A stretch of DNA of 60,012 bases, counting the filler, from Dugesia japonica (lineage: Eukaryota), in assembly GCA_001938525.1 (NCBI GenBank). It is 5 parts of 5 records of this genome, joined end to end, with 100 filler letters (N's around TTAATTAATTAA, not from the genome) between each part and the next. Parts side by side here need not be neighbours in the genome. Positions count along the whole stretch, not along the records: positions 31,130 to 45,771 come from MQRL01579667.1; positions 45,872 to 60,012 come from MQRL01521275.1; 3 more parts are not named here. One strand, written 5' to 3'. A program made the position numbers and the translations under genes. Below, in pieces: positions 35,599 through 49,978 of this stretch (position 1 is its first letter; each line of letters opens with the position of its first letter). Under the pieces are notes generated by a model that had not been told where the DNA came from, made no database searches, and saw nothing but the letters and a program-made list of their open reading frames with translations.

Positions 35599-37610
35599 AC
35601 CGTGATTATATTAGGTTTAACATGAGCAATATAAAAACAATTTAATGTCTTGCTCTCCTAATTTCTCAGATATTATTCCAAACAATTTTCGTTTCCTTTC
35701 CGATTAATCAAAATGTATCATAAAATATAAGCACTGAACAAAACCAGAACTCTACAGGGGTCGGAAAATATTCGATCCGTGGCGTTTTTATTTTTATTTT
35801 TGACAACAAACTGTTTATTTGGCACTTTAACTCCGAGATTCGATGTCAAACCATTTTACCATTAATAAATAACGCATTCAAAACCAAATGTATGAACATA
35901 ATCGAATGGAAAGTATAATTTATATGCTATTTTAGTTACTTTACCAATAAAATATTCTTTATATCAAGTTATGGTCTGCTGACCTTCGAAACTGTTGGAA
36001 ACCACCGTCATACGCAAATTGAATGTAATGTAACTAAAATGGCAACAAGTTGATTAAAATAGTGAAATTTGTTGTGCACATAAGAATATAAGAAATTGTG
36101 GAATAATTTTAAAATATACTTAATAAGAAAATTAAATTATCATAAAAATTAAAAATCCAGTGGTGTATATATGTTTATTTGTGCACGCGTGCGTTTTGCT
36201 CGAAATTTTAAATTCTAAACCAAAACTAATGATGTAAATTTATATTTTTTTTAATGAAAATTTTTAAAGATTAAAACTTTGAAAAAATTTGAAAGAAAAG
36301 TATACAAAAATTTGTCAACTTCAATGTTGATAATTTTAAAAATGAGCATAAAAAATCTACAAATTTTGAAAATAATGGTCAAATTAAGAGACCACGTGGA
36401 AAGTAGCTAATGTCGAAGAATATCAATAAATGATGGTGTATATGATCAAGCAACTGCCCGAAGAAATTGATGTGCTAATGTTATGGGGAAATAAAAACGG
36501 ACATTAGGTCAGTTGAACAACAGGAAGAAAGAAAGCAGGCGGAAGGCACTGATTTCCAGCAAAATAACATCTCTTGTGCGAACAAACAAAACAAAAATGT
36601 AATGCCTAAAAGGTGAGTGGTTGGTGGGAACCTTTTTAGCAGACCTCATTTATATGCCACATCGATGGTAAATATATAACTTTTTATCTTTACTTTTGTA
36701 AAAATATAATTATGCATACATAAAATTTAATTCAAAAAGAATTCTGCAAATGTATTTTATCTACGCGCATTCTTTGATCATGGGATGGCTTGCCGCTCAT
36801 AATAAAACTACCTAGTCATCAAAATTATTTAAATAAATATAAATATTCAGTTTGAAAATGTTTAATAAATTTAATCAAATAAAGAATTAATCCTACAGCG
36901 CTTAATGAAGCATGTGTGAATTAACCGAATCTTTTCTTTTGAATCACTTTTTTCAGCGAAGTAACATCATTAAAATATAATTATTGAAAATCACGAGCAA
37001 AAATAACGGTTACATAATATACTCTTGAACAACCATCTACATCAACTATTTCCATTGGAGTTTTTAAACTAAATGAAAGACTAACGAGAGAAATAAAAAA
37101 TTGCTCATTGTATAGTCAAGAAATTTAATATAAGCTTCTGTAATATTGTTATTTACAGATTATTCTTGATACAATCAATTTTAATTAAAGGAAAATGAGA
37201 TTGATGCAATTGGGTCAATAATTTGTATACCGTATCGAATTAGTGTGTGCAAATTGTATATGGGTACTTCAATTTTAATTCATCGCAAACAAATTATTAG
37301 CTCTTCAATTTCATTTTACCGCATTATTTATTTACTTGACTATTAAGTTTGATTTTATTTATTTTTATCTATGATGTTATATCCGGTTTAATAATAAAAT
37401 ATTCTCTTTGTTCGATTCGGGCCACCACAGTAGTGGTCGATATGTACTTTAGTTTTTATAATAAAAAATATTTGTTTAATTTGTTATCCTAAATGTTTTA
37501 TAACTTTCATTTGATTGCGGTGAATTAAAATATCAATGCTTTTGTGAAGACGACAAATTGTATAATAATTTTTAATAAATAATAATTAATAATAATAACA
37601 GTTATAATAA

Positions 37611-37695
37611 TTCATTTAATATAAAAGCTTTGATCAAAATTTTGGTTTTTTTATTGATATTAGATAACAATTCGATATTTCGGCCTTGTCTTCGT
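37611..37695 (-). mobile_element. Penelope-like terminal repeat fragment (truncated hammerhead)
   Basis: Closely matches 48848-48931. Confidence 0.65.
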
Positions 37696-40299
37696 AATAA
37701 TAATAATAAAAACTCAAATAAGTGTACTTTAACTTTTTAAAATTGATTAATTTTAAACAATAATGTGTGAAACATCAATTTCGAATTTCTCATTTAAGCA
37801 ATTAGTGTTTTATGAGGAATGTTATTTCAAATTGAATTTATAGCATAATTTCCTTTAAATTTTCTTTGTAAGATTAGCATAATTTATTCTGAATAAAATT
37901 TAACAGTGTGTCAAATTCTAGAAAATGTTGGTAAAGCAATAAGTGGAATTAGAATTTAATTTCTTGTTTTCTTGTTGTGTGCATACTTGATTGAGCAGTA
38001 CTGATGTAAAATATCTAAAATTTGAATCGGAATTTTAACAATAAAAAATTTTATTATTTTTTTTTACAAGAAATGTTTTTGGAAATAAATTTATATTTTT
38101 AATATCTACGCATTGTACTAAAATGGTTGTAATATGAAATTAAAGTTATTCTATGTGCATCTGACCAATTGGTAAAACAAATGCACTCAGTTATTCGTTA
38201 TTCATATTTCAGTTTTTTAAAAAATATACTTGTTTTTAAAATCGCTAAAAAAAATACCGTAATTTTCTAATATCTACTTACACAACTAATCATATTTTGA
38301 GATTTAACCAATTTGGTTCTGGCACTTGTTGCGCAAAAATATTTATGAAAACTTTTTTAAAATTTTTTGTCAATAATATTTGTTGCTAGCATTTCTTGTA
38401 CGACTATGTCACTAAGAAAATAAAATATGTAGTGCATAACTTTTTTAAAATATCCTTAAAAAGGCGGTAGATTCAAAAAGGGTTCAACTAATATAATTTC
38501 ATAACTATCATTTATATGATGAAAATATTTTCCTTTTATCTAATAAAAATTTATATAAATTAACAAACTTTTCTGGAAAATATTTGCATTTCGAAATATT
38601 TGTAAGTCTTTAATAAAATGTATGAATATAAAATATTAAAAACTTTTGCTTACTTTTTGAATTACAAATATATTTAGTATTTTGGAAGATTATTTATTTT
38701 GCACTTGTTACTAATTTTATGCAGATAACATATACATATAGACAATATATTATTCCATATAGGCATTATATTAATATAACATAATATAACAAAGCCGACC
38801 ATTGTATATCTTTCTATTTTAAAGCAAATTCATAATTTTCTCCCGGGATTCCGGGATTATAAAGTCTTTGATCCCGAAATCCTGGAATTGCAATCTTTAG
38901 TTTTTATGGAAAACAAGCAAATTATAAACTTCAAAATATTTCTTTTGCACTTTTAAGATATGAATTGAATTTTCAGATCCAATTGATAATTTAACTGTTT
39001 TATGAAAAGAAAGGAAATTGTATTTCAAATTTATTTAATTCATTCAAATTTAAATTGACAGTAAAAACCTTGATCCGATTGCGATAATTTATCGAACACT
39101 AAAAATACTTAATATATCATGTTTTTAATTGCAAGTTTATTGATGTTCAATAAATTGTTTTAATCATGAAGTTTTTATTACTTAATGACATTTATTGAAT
39201 TGATAACAATAATTTATAAATACAATGATTTATGAGATAGCAAATGTTAGAAATAATTAAGATAATGAAATCAATATACATAATTATTTCTCAATTTAAA
39301 AATTTGTTCATGTGCTCGTATCCAATTCCAAATTTGACATAATATTTTACATCTCGTATATTTCATTAAATAGAATATAGTGAATATTTTATATTTTAAA
39401 ATCTCTTGGAAAAAATTGATAAAAAATTCGATTTATTTTACGAAATAAAGTCATTGCAAAATATTACATACAAATTTGATCTTTATTTAAAGTTAATTAC
39501 TTTCGATTCTGATTANTTGGATCACATTGGAACCAAATGATTTTCGTTCAATTAAGCGGCTGGTCTAATTATTTGGAGTTTAAGAAAAGATATTTTAGAA
39601 ATAAATCTGTATTTGATAAATAGATATAATTTTTTTTTGAATAGTCTTTTTTTGAATAATTTCTTTATACAAGAATAATTATTATTAGTTAATACAATAT
39701 TATCAGAGTTCTGCATACAAAATTAAATGACAAACATTAATACATTGAACTCTGCATAAAGAAAACATAAGTAGGACCAGCTATTTTGTTTGATATAAGC
39801 GTAGTTTTTCTTTAAGCAGAATATTTTGTTTTGAAATTTGCCAATTACACAATTCTGAATAGAAAAATCCTCATTAAATGTGTTTTTTATTTAAGAGTGT
39901 TGCTTTTAAACAATGTTTACTGTACGATAATTCCATTCTTGTAAAAAAGATTTTGTATTTATATCAATGTTTAAATATATTTCAACATATTAAAAATATC
40001 ATTGAAATATTTATTAAAAATTTATAAAAATACTTCTAGAAATATTATTAGAAACCTTTTAAATATTACTTTAAATACTTATCAAAATTTAAATAAGGAT
40101 TCATTGTAAGGAATTGATGAAAGAATGTTTTAAGTTAATTGAGTTAATTCACAAATAAATTAAATGTTAATGATTATGAAATTCAAGTATGTTTTTAAAT
40201 ATTAGATTAGTGTCACAGACGGCTTAAAAATATATTTTACGTTGCAATAAAGTAAAACAGATAGTACAATGCAACGAATGATTGTATATGATTGAACAT

Positions 40300-41220
40300 C
40301 AAAACTGAGACTGTTTCTATTTTTAAAGCTGTATAGGGGCATTCCCATGATAATGATCAGTAATATCGATTTTCAAATTCACTAAAAAAGAGAAAATTTT
40401 TATTTGATTTGAAAATGAAATGCAAAAGAATGTTGGGAATTTTGGCCGAAAAAGGGTACAGGTTTAAAAACTAAAGACAGCTAACAAATATTTTGGTACA
40501 ATTAAGAGAGCAAAAATATGGACCTTCAAAAAATAGTTAGGATGAGTTAGAGCAGTGGTGCGTAGACAATACTAAATGACCAGATTCGAATGACACTGCA
40601 TTTGTAGTTTCATATTATGCTCATCATGAGGATAAATCTAGTGAAAAAGATGAAGCTAAAAAATTTGGAATATTCATTTCAACTAAACGTTTGTTAGAAA
40701 CCTGTGCAATGTCAAAAGTAATTCATGCTGATGCCACCTTAAAACTTGTTTGGGAGGTATGCCCGTTAAGTTTTTTGGCTCAACAAATGAGTTGTCATTT
40801 CCATCCATTTGGTAAGGTAGTTCAGAAAATCTTTTACTGATGATTTTGGCACTGATAAAGTTCTAATCATGTTTTGAGCACATATAAGGCCTGCTGTCAC
40901 AAAGAAATAGAATCGTTGGTCGAAAAAACATCTTGTGCTGAAATGATCAGCGATACTGAATATTTACAGTCTCATCACCTGATATACTCTAGCGAGCATT
41001 ACAAATATTTATAAATAAATGGACATCAAAAGAAGATGCATTTTTGAAATATATGAAGCTTCAATGGTTTATCTCATAGAAATTGGTATGAAAGTGAGTA
41101 TATTGAATTCTTTCCACAAACAATGCTTTAGAGGCATTTAATTTAGTAATTAAAAAAGAAGCCACCTTTAGAGAGATATTAACTCTTGCTCGATTTTTTA
41201 ATTTAATAGTCGACGACTCA
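40300..41220 (+). pseudogene. MULE transposase remnant
   Basis: FISTKRLL, VIHADAT.KLVW, HFHPFG, STNNALEAFNLVIKKE. Confidence 0.8.
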
Positions 41221-43049
41221 TGGGTTGACAAGAGAGTATAAAAATGATCTACCTACTTTCGAAAGTTTTCACCGAAACGGAACTTCTTCACAAANCGCTG
41301 ATTGCATTGTGCTAAACAAATGATAATTCGCAGGAGCCGTATCCGAATTATACGATGGATGAATAAAAACTTCCCAGTTTATTCCTAAGTAATTCTTAAC
41401 AACCGATTGAACATGTGGTATATTATTATCATGTTGAAAAATTGTCTTTGCATGTCTATTCTCCCATTCTGATCTTTATTTCAGTCAGAGCTCTCTTCAA
41501 ACGATTTAATTGCAATCGATAGTATTCACAAATTATGGTTTCCGATANTTTAGCAGTTCATAATAGATGACACCTTTTTGATTCCATCAGAATATTTTTA
41601 GCTCGATATTTTGTTTATTTCAATTTAATGAATGAAATCCAGATATAGCATTTAAAATTGAAAAATAATTTTAACATTGCTATGCTGTTTTCAACAATAT
41701 GAGGAGTGACATTATCAATAATCAACAGTGCAGTTTGCTTTTGACATTTCATTTTTTCATCATATTTGTTCGTCAAATTTTAAAAAATAGACGTCATCCA
41801 ATTTTTACGATTCCAGGTCTTTTTAGCAGAATGAAAACCGATAAATTTAAAACAATGAAGAAATTTGTTTTTATCAGATTAGTAATGCTTTTAAATTTTT
41901 TAAACATATTGCACAACAATTTTACTATCGATTGTTCTTCACTTTTTTTTATATTATTGACATTATTATCTGCAAATATTTAGTCTCATTTGTCGGAGCA
42001 CGACAAAATCAGTTTTACTAAATGTGAATCTTGATTTATCCAAATTAAGATGGATTCTAAATAAACCTTATCACTTTTACCTTAAAAAGTTTTTAAACCT
42101 ATTATCCAAATGTTTAAATATTTTTGCGAAACCCTTTACTTCTTTTAATCAGCCCAATTAAAATCCTATGCAAATGTCAATGCTTTTTGAATTCTAATTG
42201 TCTTGTCTTTTTCGATTAACACAAAAAATTATTCTGAGGAGCTTCAATATTATTTTCTTAAATTCTTGTTTTTTATTGCTTGACTTTTTGTTTCATATTT
42301 GGAATTTCATATTTTGGAATTTGACTCTTGCATTTTAATTATCTTAAAATAGATTTACTTTCTTCAAACGATGATTCTTTTCGAGATCTACGATTCAACA
42401 TGCTTTCCTTTAGATTTTTACCTTGATTTAATACGAATATTAATATTTGACAATACTTTAAAATTTATTGAATTTGTTTTACAAAATGTTATAAATTATT
42501 AGAAATTTTAAACAATTTGAAACATAAAAAATTCGATAAAATATCTAATTAATTATTAATATTTTATATTTTTAGTCCGCTAATAGCGTATCTCATTGGA
42601 TTTTCTTTACCTTTGTCGATTAATAGTCAGCCATTGAAGAGATTTCCCCTTTTGTTAATAGTAATATACATCTGTACTCGATTATCTACGTTTTGAGAGA
42701 CGTTTCACTTTAATAAAATTTAATTTAAAATCTTGATATTTTCATAAAGAAATCAATAAATATTTCTAATTTATCAGTTTCTAAAATCGTAATCACATGG
42801 AACGCCAGTTATAATGCTCACTTTTATAAAGTTTATTCGGATATACTTAATTTAATTGTTTATTTAATTATTTTTTAATATGAATTATATTGTATATAAC
42901 AGAGTCAAAATATTTCCACTCAACCTAGATAGACTGTAATTATATTTTTATAACTTTACGTTTCAAAGTAAATATTTTATTATATCTCGTTAGGATTAAG
43001 AATTTCAAAAGACAAAATCTACTACTATTGAACAGATTTTTTTGAATTG

Positions 43050-44760
43050 TAATTAAATAAATGATTGCGAGTTGTATAAATCTATTTAATTAGGTAAAGA
43101 TAATTCAGCAGTGTTTATTCGCAGTATCGTTTTGTATTTAGAGCTTCCATTTCACAAACCATCGTACGCAAAATCAAATTAGTATGCACTTACACTTTTG
43201 ATAAAGATCATGGCTTTGTTGAGAAAACTTATAAAAAATTTATGTCGGTTGGTACCACATCGTCATCACTTGTGATTTGAAAGATGCTTAATAAATACTA
43301 TAATTGAAAATCAGAAGTTCAAATTGAATATAAAAGATAAGAAAATACGAATATTGATTTTTTACTTAGTGGAGAAACAGAGAAATAGTTGGCAGTGAAA
43401 AATAGTTGTTTTAGTTTCGTCGTAATGAAAATAAGTATCTGTAATTTGTTACGTCGTGGGTTCAAATATTTGTCACATTTAATTCAAGGTATGATAGTTA
43501 ATTAGTTTTAGTTCAATTCTAAATGGTATATTTCAACAATATTGATCTTGTAATCATTAAAATATCTGTTACTGTAGTGTAATCTGCTGGACTCAATCGT
43601 TTCGATTGAATTTCAATATCTTCAATCTTAATTTAAGTATTTTCAAACTTTATTCAAATATTTTATTAATATTTTTTATTTTTATGTAATATATGCAGTT
43701 TTTAATTCTTAGTCGAATTGTATCAAAATATTTCTGAAATATTATCATTATATATTATTTCGTAAATGAAGAAGACGGTGTATTTGTAATTTTTTATTCT
43801 GAGTCGAATTTTTTGATACCATGACTCATCATAGTAATAAACATAGTGAAAATTATACTGATTTGTAACATTAATATTCCTCGAGAGTAGCCAGATTTTA
43901 ATAAATTAATTTAATTTATCGGGTTTTAATGAGATTGTTTAAGGTTTTAAAGATTTCTTGTTGAATTTTATAGGGTATTATGGAGTTTTCTATCGTTTTA
44001 ATAAGTATATGAAATTTTAATTATCATCCCATTGTTTTACATGGCATTTTGAAAACTTTGTCGACTTCTAGTAATTTTTAGATAATTTTCATATAGTTCT
44101 AGTAAATTTTTGATAAACATTTTACTTGTCTGATAAAACCACCAAAACCTCTATAATACCCTATAAAATTCAACAAAAATCTTTAAAACTCTTTAAATCT
44201 CTTGATTATCAAAAACCACTGTAGTGTAATCTGCTGGACTCAATCATGTTGTTGAAAGCCGTCTTTTATTATAGTGATAATTTGGTTGAAGTAAGAAGAA
44301 TTGTTAATGGATTAAGCGATGATGGAATTTTAATTAAAATGGCTAAGTAATCGATAAATAATGCTCATTTATTTGAAAATCTCGATGACATTAAGAAAAT
44401 TTACAATTGCTTTATTGAAATACTGTATAACTTTGAAAGTTCAGAATTCAACATTGAAACATGATTTGCTGCTCTAAGTAATCTAAAACTTGATTCTAAT
44501 CTATGTAATTTACAGGATTATATATCGACAAGATTACAGAAAAATGATATAGTTAATATAGTAAAATTCTCAAACCAAGCAATAAACTCATTTCTATATG
44601 TCAATATTTATAAATGCCAACCTACTTGTTTTGCTGTTGATAGAATCTTTTCCATGTTGAAGAACTTACTCGCAGAAGATAGGAGTTTTTTTTGCCAGAA
44701 AATATGTGTATGTATTTCCTATTTTATTATAACAATAGTGTGAAGAATATATTGAGTGTT
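43050..44760 (+). pseudogene. Decayed hAT-like transposase interrupted by an insertion
   Basis: C-terminal CQPTCFAVDRIFSMLKNLLAEDRSF resembles PTS..VERSFS. The rest is weak. Confidence 0.45.
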
Positions 44761-45871
44761 TTTGATAGAGATAAATCATAAATAATATTTTTGATTATTA
44801 AATTTTTAAATGCTACTTTTAAATCTCACTAGTTATGACCCACTAGCAGACTTCGGAAATAGGATGTTTGAATTGACAATAATAAAGAAAGAACGTACTA
44901 AACTAGAGTTGTTACAGTTTTTCAGAACTGTAGGAATGGTATGAAAGTAGACTGAAGAGGATAATATGATCTTTCAATGAACTACCTCGAGTATTAATAA
45001 TTTGTGTTAATGAAACTTTTTGAATTTATATATAAACAAATTTTTATGCGGTTTTGAACATTACCAATATTATTTTCGCGTACTTCACATTGATCTCTCG
45101 TGGAGCACAGGTTTAAAACCGATAATGCAATCAAAAAAATTTTTGAAATTTAAATTCCTAAATATAAATTTGGTTTTATGATTAATTTGTTTTAATGATT
45201 CTAAATTTTAGTTTAATTGATAATAATAAACTGTACAGTATGGCTTTAAATTTTGGCATTCAGATTTGATTATTCGCAGAATTTACTACACAACTATTAA
45301 TATTTTTGACTGATAAAATTTTTAAATCTTGTAAATAAATATGTTTACAATAAAAATCTGATTTATTACAAAATTTATTTTATTCATGTTTTTCTAATAA
45401 TTAAAAATTATTTAAGTTATACCTTGTTTTTCATAAAATAGGACCCGGTCTTATTTTACTTTTCCCTCATAAAATTGACGTAAGTCTTATTTTATTTGAT
45501 AAAATATCATGAGGTTTTCCCATTGGGTTCCTCGACGGTGTCTATTTTCTACTCATTTGAATAGCTTTTTAACTTATCTACAATTTTTATTGGTATTAAT
45601 CAAATTATAGATTAGTAAGATATTAGGATTATTAAAATGAAATGTAGTCAATAAAAGTTTATTACTTTTTTGGAATAGGACTTGTAAGTAGTTTCCTCAG
45701 AATCTTCTATTTTGTTATTTTGTTGTTACTATCATCTCTCGTCTTTTGTCTGCAGGTATCCATATTTTTCCNNNNNNNNNNNNNNNNNNNNNNNNNNNNN
45801 NNNNNNNNNNNNNNNTTAATTAATTAANNNNNNNNNNNNNNNNNNNNNNNNNNNNNNNNNNNNNNNNNNNN

Positions 45872-48280
45872 AAATATTCGCATAAATAATTCATCTACTG
45901 TGACCATCGAGCTCCCGCAGATATCTACTGAACTATGACCCAATTTGGTTATACACATCTAGTTGTTTGTTAATGAACTATTTTACATTGGACCAACGTT
46001 TCTTGTTAAAGTTGTTCGAGCTACGTCGATTTTCTCTGATTTTTGCACTTCGAACTATGAATAATCAGCTTGAGATNNNNNNNNNNNNNNNNNNNNNNNN
46101 NNNNNNNNNNNNNNNNNNNNNNNNNNTAAAGTTGTTCGAGCTACGTCGATTTTCTCTGATTTTTGCACTTCGAACTATGAATAATCAGCTTGAGATGCTC
46201 AGATAGATTAATTGCAATTCAATCGATTTTAACCTTGCAGTCAATTTTCTTCGTTTCTTCTCGTTACAGGAGGATCAAAACATCACGATTTCTCTATTGA
46301 ATCGATTCACACTAAATCCATTTATTATTTGACAATCATCTAGATTAACCCAACTTTCTCCGATGGTGTGCACTACACATTGCTCATAGTATCTCAATTA
46401 TTTCTTACTAGTCGATTATTCTCAATCAATTCGTTCATTTACGATTATTGAATTTAATTTGATCTTTTCCGATTGTGGATAAGTGAATCGGTTTCGTCAC
46501 TTTATTGTTATTCTCATCAACTCTATTCTCTCCGTCTATTATCAATTTCTTCACTTCACTATTGTTCATGTCAACTTTATTTTCTCTGATTATTGGCAAA
46601 TCAATCGATTTCTTCACTTTGCTGTTGTTCATATCAACTCTATTTTCTCCGATTGTTGGCACTAGGTAAGACTCATAACATTTCAATGATTACTAACGAA
46701 GGAACACGATTCATCACAGTCGGGACACTCGGCATCATTTGATTTTATATAATTAGTTTAAAATTAATGTATTCGAATGTATCAATAATTAAGTTTTTAN
46801 NNNNNNNNNNNNNNNNNNNNNNNNNNNNNNNNNNNNNNNNNNNNNNNNNNNNNNNNNNNNCCGTTAAATTTGTATCGTTGAAATAATTAGTCAAATTGAC
46901 GATTATCTAATTTTATCAAAAAGTAATTTTAAAATTAAAATTGAAAAAGTGTTGCTTTTTCTTCGAGTAGCCTTGTTTTATTGAGACTGTTGGGAAGGAA
47001 AAAACTGGCTCTCGATTAGCCAACCAATCACATATCACTTTGTGGAAATCTGATTACCCGATTGGAGGAGTTGGTGAGTATTCCTCTCTTCATAATGTTT
47101 TAACAATTTTTGTACACACCAACTTTTTGCACTGAATTTTATTTTTGAGTCACCTCATGTGACCTCTGATGAATAATTTCAGTTGCTATCGATGTTCCTT
47201 GTCTGAACTTCTGGTGAATAATCAGTTTCNNNNNNNNNNNNNNNNNNNNNNNNNNNNNNNNNNNNNNNNNNNNAAGATGACTGGACCAAATTAATTAATT
47301 CTATAATAATATTAAACGCTAATTAGCGTTATTTATAATAAATAAAACGGGTAGTAGAGACCCTTTTAATATATTATTGTATTATTGTAGATTATTTTTA
47401 TTATTTAATTTTTCATTCTCTTTCAGCTTATATAAATTCTACTTCTGTATGATGAAATGTGGGTCCTCTACGCTAAATAGCAAGTTTGGTGTATTTTTAG
47501 TTTCTTTAAAATAAACCTAATGGTGGTTTGAAAAAACTCATTTTCTTTAGCTAAAATTGCTCCATTGCGATTCCAGAGCAATCTGTTGTCAAGATATAAT
47601 CTCTATTTGGTTTGGTGTATTCTAACAATGTTGCTTTTGATAAGATATTTTTAGTGTTTTCGAAAGCTTCTATTGTTTAACTTCTTCAATTGATTTTTAA
47701 GTTCTTTTTTATTCTGTTGAAATTGTTTAGTGGATCAAGGATTTTTCTGCATTTTGGGATGTAGAAATGGTTTAGTCCCGAGTGATTTAATGTGTCCNNN
47801 NNNNNNNNNNNNNNNNNNNNNNNNNNNNNNNNNNNNNNNNNNNNNNNNNNNNNNNNNNNNNNNNNNNNNNNNNNNNNNNNNNNNNNNNNNNNNNNNNNNN
47901 NNNTTTTTGTGGGCCTTGCAATTAAAATATCGTCTAGGTAAGATATGGAATTTCGGTTTTCTTTTAGTATTTGGTCCATGAATCTTTGAAATGTAGAAGC
48001 TGCATTTATGAGTCCAAAAGGCCTCGTGTTATACTCATATTTATTTTTTCCATGTTTTCTTTCATGATTTGGATGTGATGGTATGTGTTTTGCAAATCTA
48101 TTTTTGTAAAATAATTGGCTCCATTTATTTTGTTAATTGTGTCTTTGATAATTGTAAATGGGTAATTGTCTGGTACCGTTATTTTATTTAACATTCTGTA
48201 GTCACCGCAAATTTTCTATTCTCCGTTTGCTTTTTGTTTGAACATTAATGCTGATGACTAGTTTGACTTTGATCGTTTTA
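45872..48280 (-). mobile_element. Gypsy pol remnant (RT, RNase H, integrase pieces) with downstream low-complexity repeats
   Basis: CGDYRMLNKITVPDNYP..YFTKIDL; SYLDDILIA; TTDA. Many gaps. Confidence 0.85.
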
Positions 48281-48904
48281 CGATATTGTATTAATATTTT
48301 TGTATATTATATTTTTTTAACAACTTAATTTTAATTATTTTCAATTTAATTTACATTAAAAAAAATATTTTAAGATACGCTTTAAACTGAAATGACAAGA
48401 AATTCAGTACGCTTTATAAAAGAATCTCACAAATAGTATAGTGTATTCAGTATTAGATCGTCAAAAGTAAACTCGAAATCAGCCTACTATTTCTTAGATC
48501 AAATGGCTTGACGCACTTGATTGTTGGTTTGTTTGAGTTGTGAAAAACCCTCGCATATCGAAATTATGGTCACGGTTAAATTCATGTTAACTGATATACT
48601 GGAGTCGTCCGATCTATGCTGTCCAGCTGAATCATTTGATTTAGTATTGGGGTTTCTACGGCTTACATTAATGTAAATAGACATTTTTATCACAGGGTAT
48701 TAGCACATGTTGTTCCTTTTGTTGAAATAATTTCATTAATCTAGAAGGTCTTGATTTTGAAACGTACTCCGCTGAATATTAAGATTATTATTAATATTTA
48801 TATTGATATTGAAATGGATATTATTACAGTAATATATTTTTATTGAATTCATTTAATATAAAAGCTTTGATCAAAATTTTGGGATTTTTTTGATATTTGA
48901 TAAT

Positions 48905-48940
48905 AATTCGATATTTCGACTTAGTCTTCGTCAGGAATTG
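48905..48940 (-). ncRNA. Minimal type I hammerhead ribozyme (Penelope type)
   Basis: CAATTC-CTGACGA-A-GAC TAA GTC-GAAA-TA-TC-GAATT: stem I, core, stem II, palindromic stem III, AUC cleavage triplet. Confidence 0.65.
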
Positions 48941-48960
48941 ACTTTTTTCAATTCCTGAGT

Positions 48961-48997
48961 CAATTCCTGACGAAGACAAGGTAGAAATATTGAATTG
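48961..48997 (+). ncRNA. Minimal hammerhead ribozyme, second copy (stem II mismatch)
   Basis: CAATTC-CTGACGA-A-GAC AAG GTA-GAAA-TA-TT-GAATTG. Confidence 0.55.
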
Positions 48998-49202
48998 TTA
49001 AAAAAACTAAAACTTTGATCAAAGCTTTTATATTAAATGAATTCTATAAAAGCGATCAATGGTTATGTCCAACAATTACTCTTGAAATAATTGCAATTGT
49101 AAAATATATTTTTATATAAAATAATTTGTTCGTCTTTTATAGGTAACAATATCATTCCCATTTAAATAGACCATTAAAAATATTTTTTACATTATTATTT
49201 AG

Positions 49203-49364
49203 GGAGACAGTGGAAGTGGATTGGCTTGCCAATACAATGGAATATGGACAATTGCAGGAGTGGTTTCAGCAGCACACAGTAAAGAGCCCGGCCAATTTCC
49301 TGCAATTTTTACAAGAGTATCATCATTCCGACAATGGATATTAAATACTGTTTATAAAAATTAA
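49203..49364 (+). CDS. Terminal exon of a trypsin-like (S1) serine protease, missed by the ORF track
   Basis: TTTAG|GDSGSGLACQYNGIWTIAGVVSAAHSKEPGQFPAIFTRVSSFRQWILNTVYKN*. Confidence 0.9.
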   Translation, partial: GDSGSGLACQYNGIWTIAGVVSAAHSKEPGQFPAIFTRVSSFRQWILNTVYKN

Positions 49365-49978
49365 TTTGTTTACTTGATGTTGACGAACGAAAATCAATTG
49401 ATGTTAAAATAGTATTTTATTGAAATTAAATATGATTAGTAAATTGAAAATAAAAAATTGTTTTGAATAAATAAATTGATTATTCTTTATAGAAGAATGT
49501 TAAGGTTTTAACGTAAACTTTCTCTATTATTTACAACTTTTAATTTGTATGATCTTTTTTAGATTTTATTCTTTATAAAAATCTTATTATTTATTTGTTT
49601 TTTTATACTTTATTTTTAAAGTTATACTATTGAAATTAGCTGGATTCAGAATTAAACTTTCACATTATTTTACAAATAGCGACGACGAGAAAACACTCCA
49701 CTGAANGTTTTAGCTTAAATTATAGCTACCAATGACTTGCAATTCAGAGTTTTTATTACTTTTCTTGAGTAAAGAAAATTGCTGATAGCTCGAGGTTTTG
49801 AAGTTCTTAAATTACATGAATCCATTTGCCAAATAATTATGAAATATGCTACTAAAATTCAAAACATCATAGTGTATTAATAGAGGTGGTTAGGCAGTTA
49901 CGGGCTCAGATAATTGACAGGTCACTTCACACTTCATTAATTTTTAATTAACTGGGAACATTAATTGATAATGAATTA

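Larger units (their letters stand above)
48845..49044. mobile_element. Inverted pair of Penelope-like terminal repeats (~200-bp palindrome)
   Basis: The arms are reverse-complementary, and a third copy lies at 37611. Confidence 0.75.

Noticed and set aside
41300-42300. Possible minus-strand transposase relic and ORF 41699-41983
   Set aside because: No convincing motif, and the ORF has AT-drift composition.
46007-46196. 70-bp perfect direct repeat flanking an N gap
   Set aside because: Typical unmerged contig overlap.
48499-48693. Possible non-LTR endonuclease N-terminus (LTVTIISICEGFS)
   Set aside because: A single short motif with no supporting downstream sequence.
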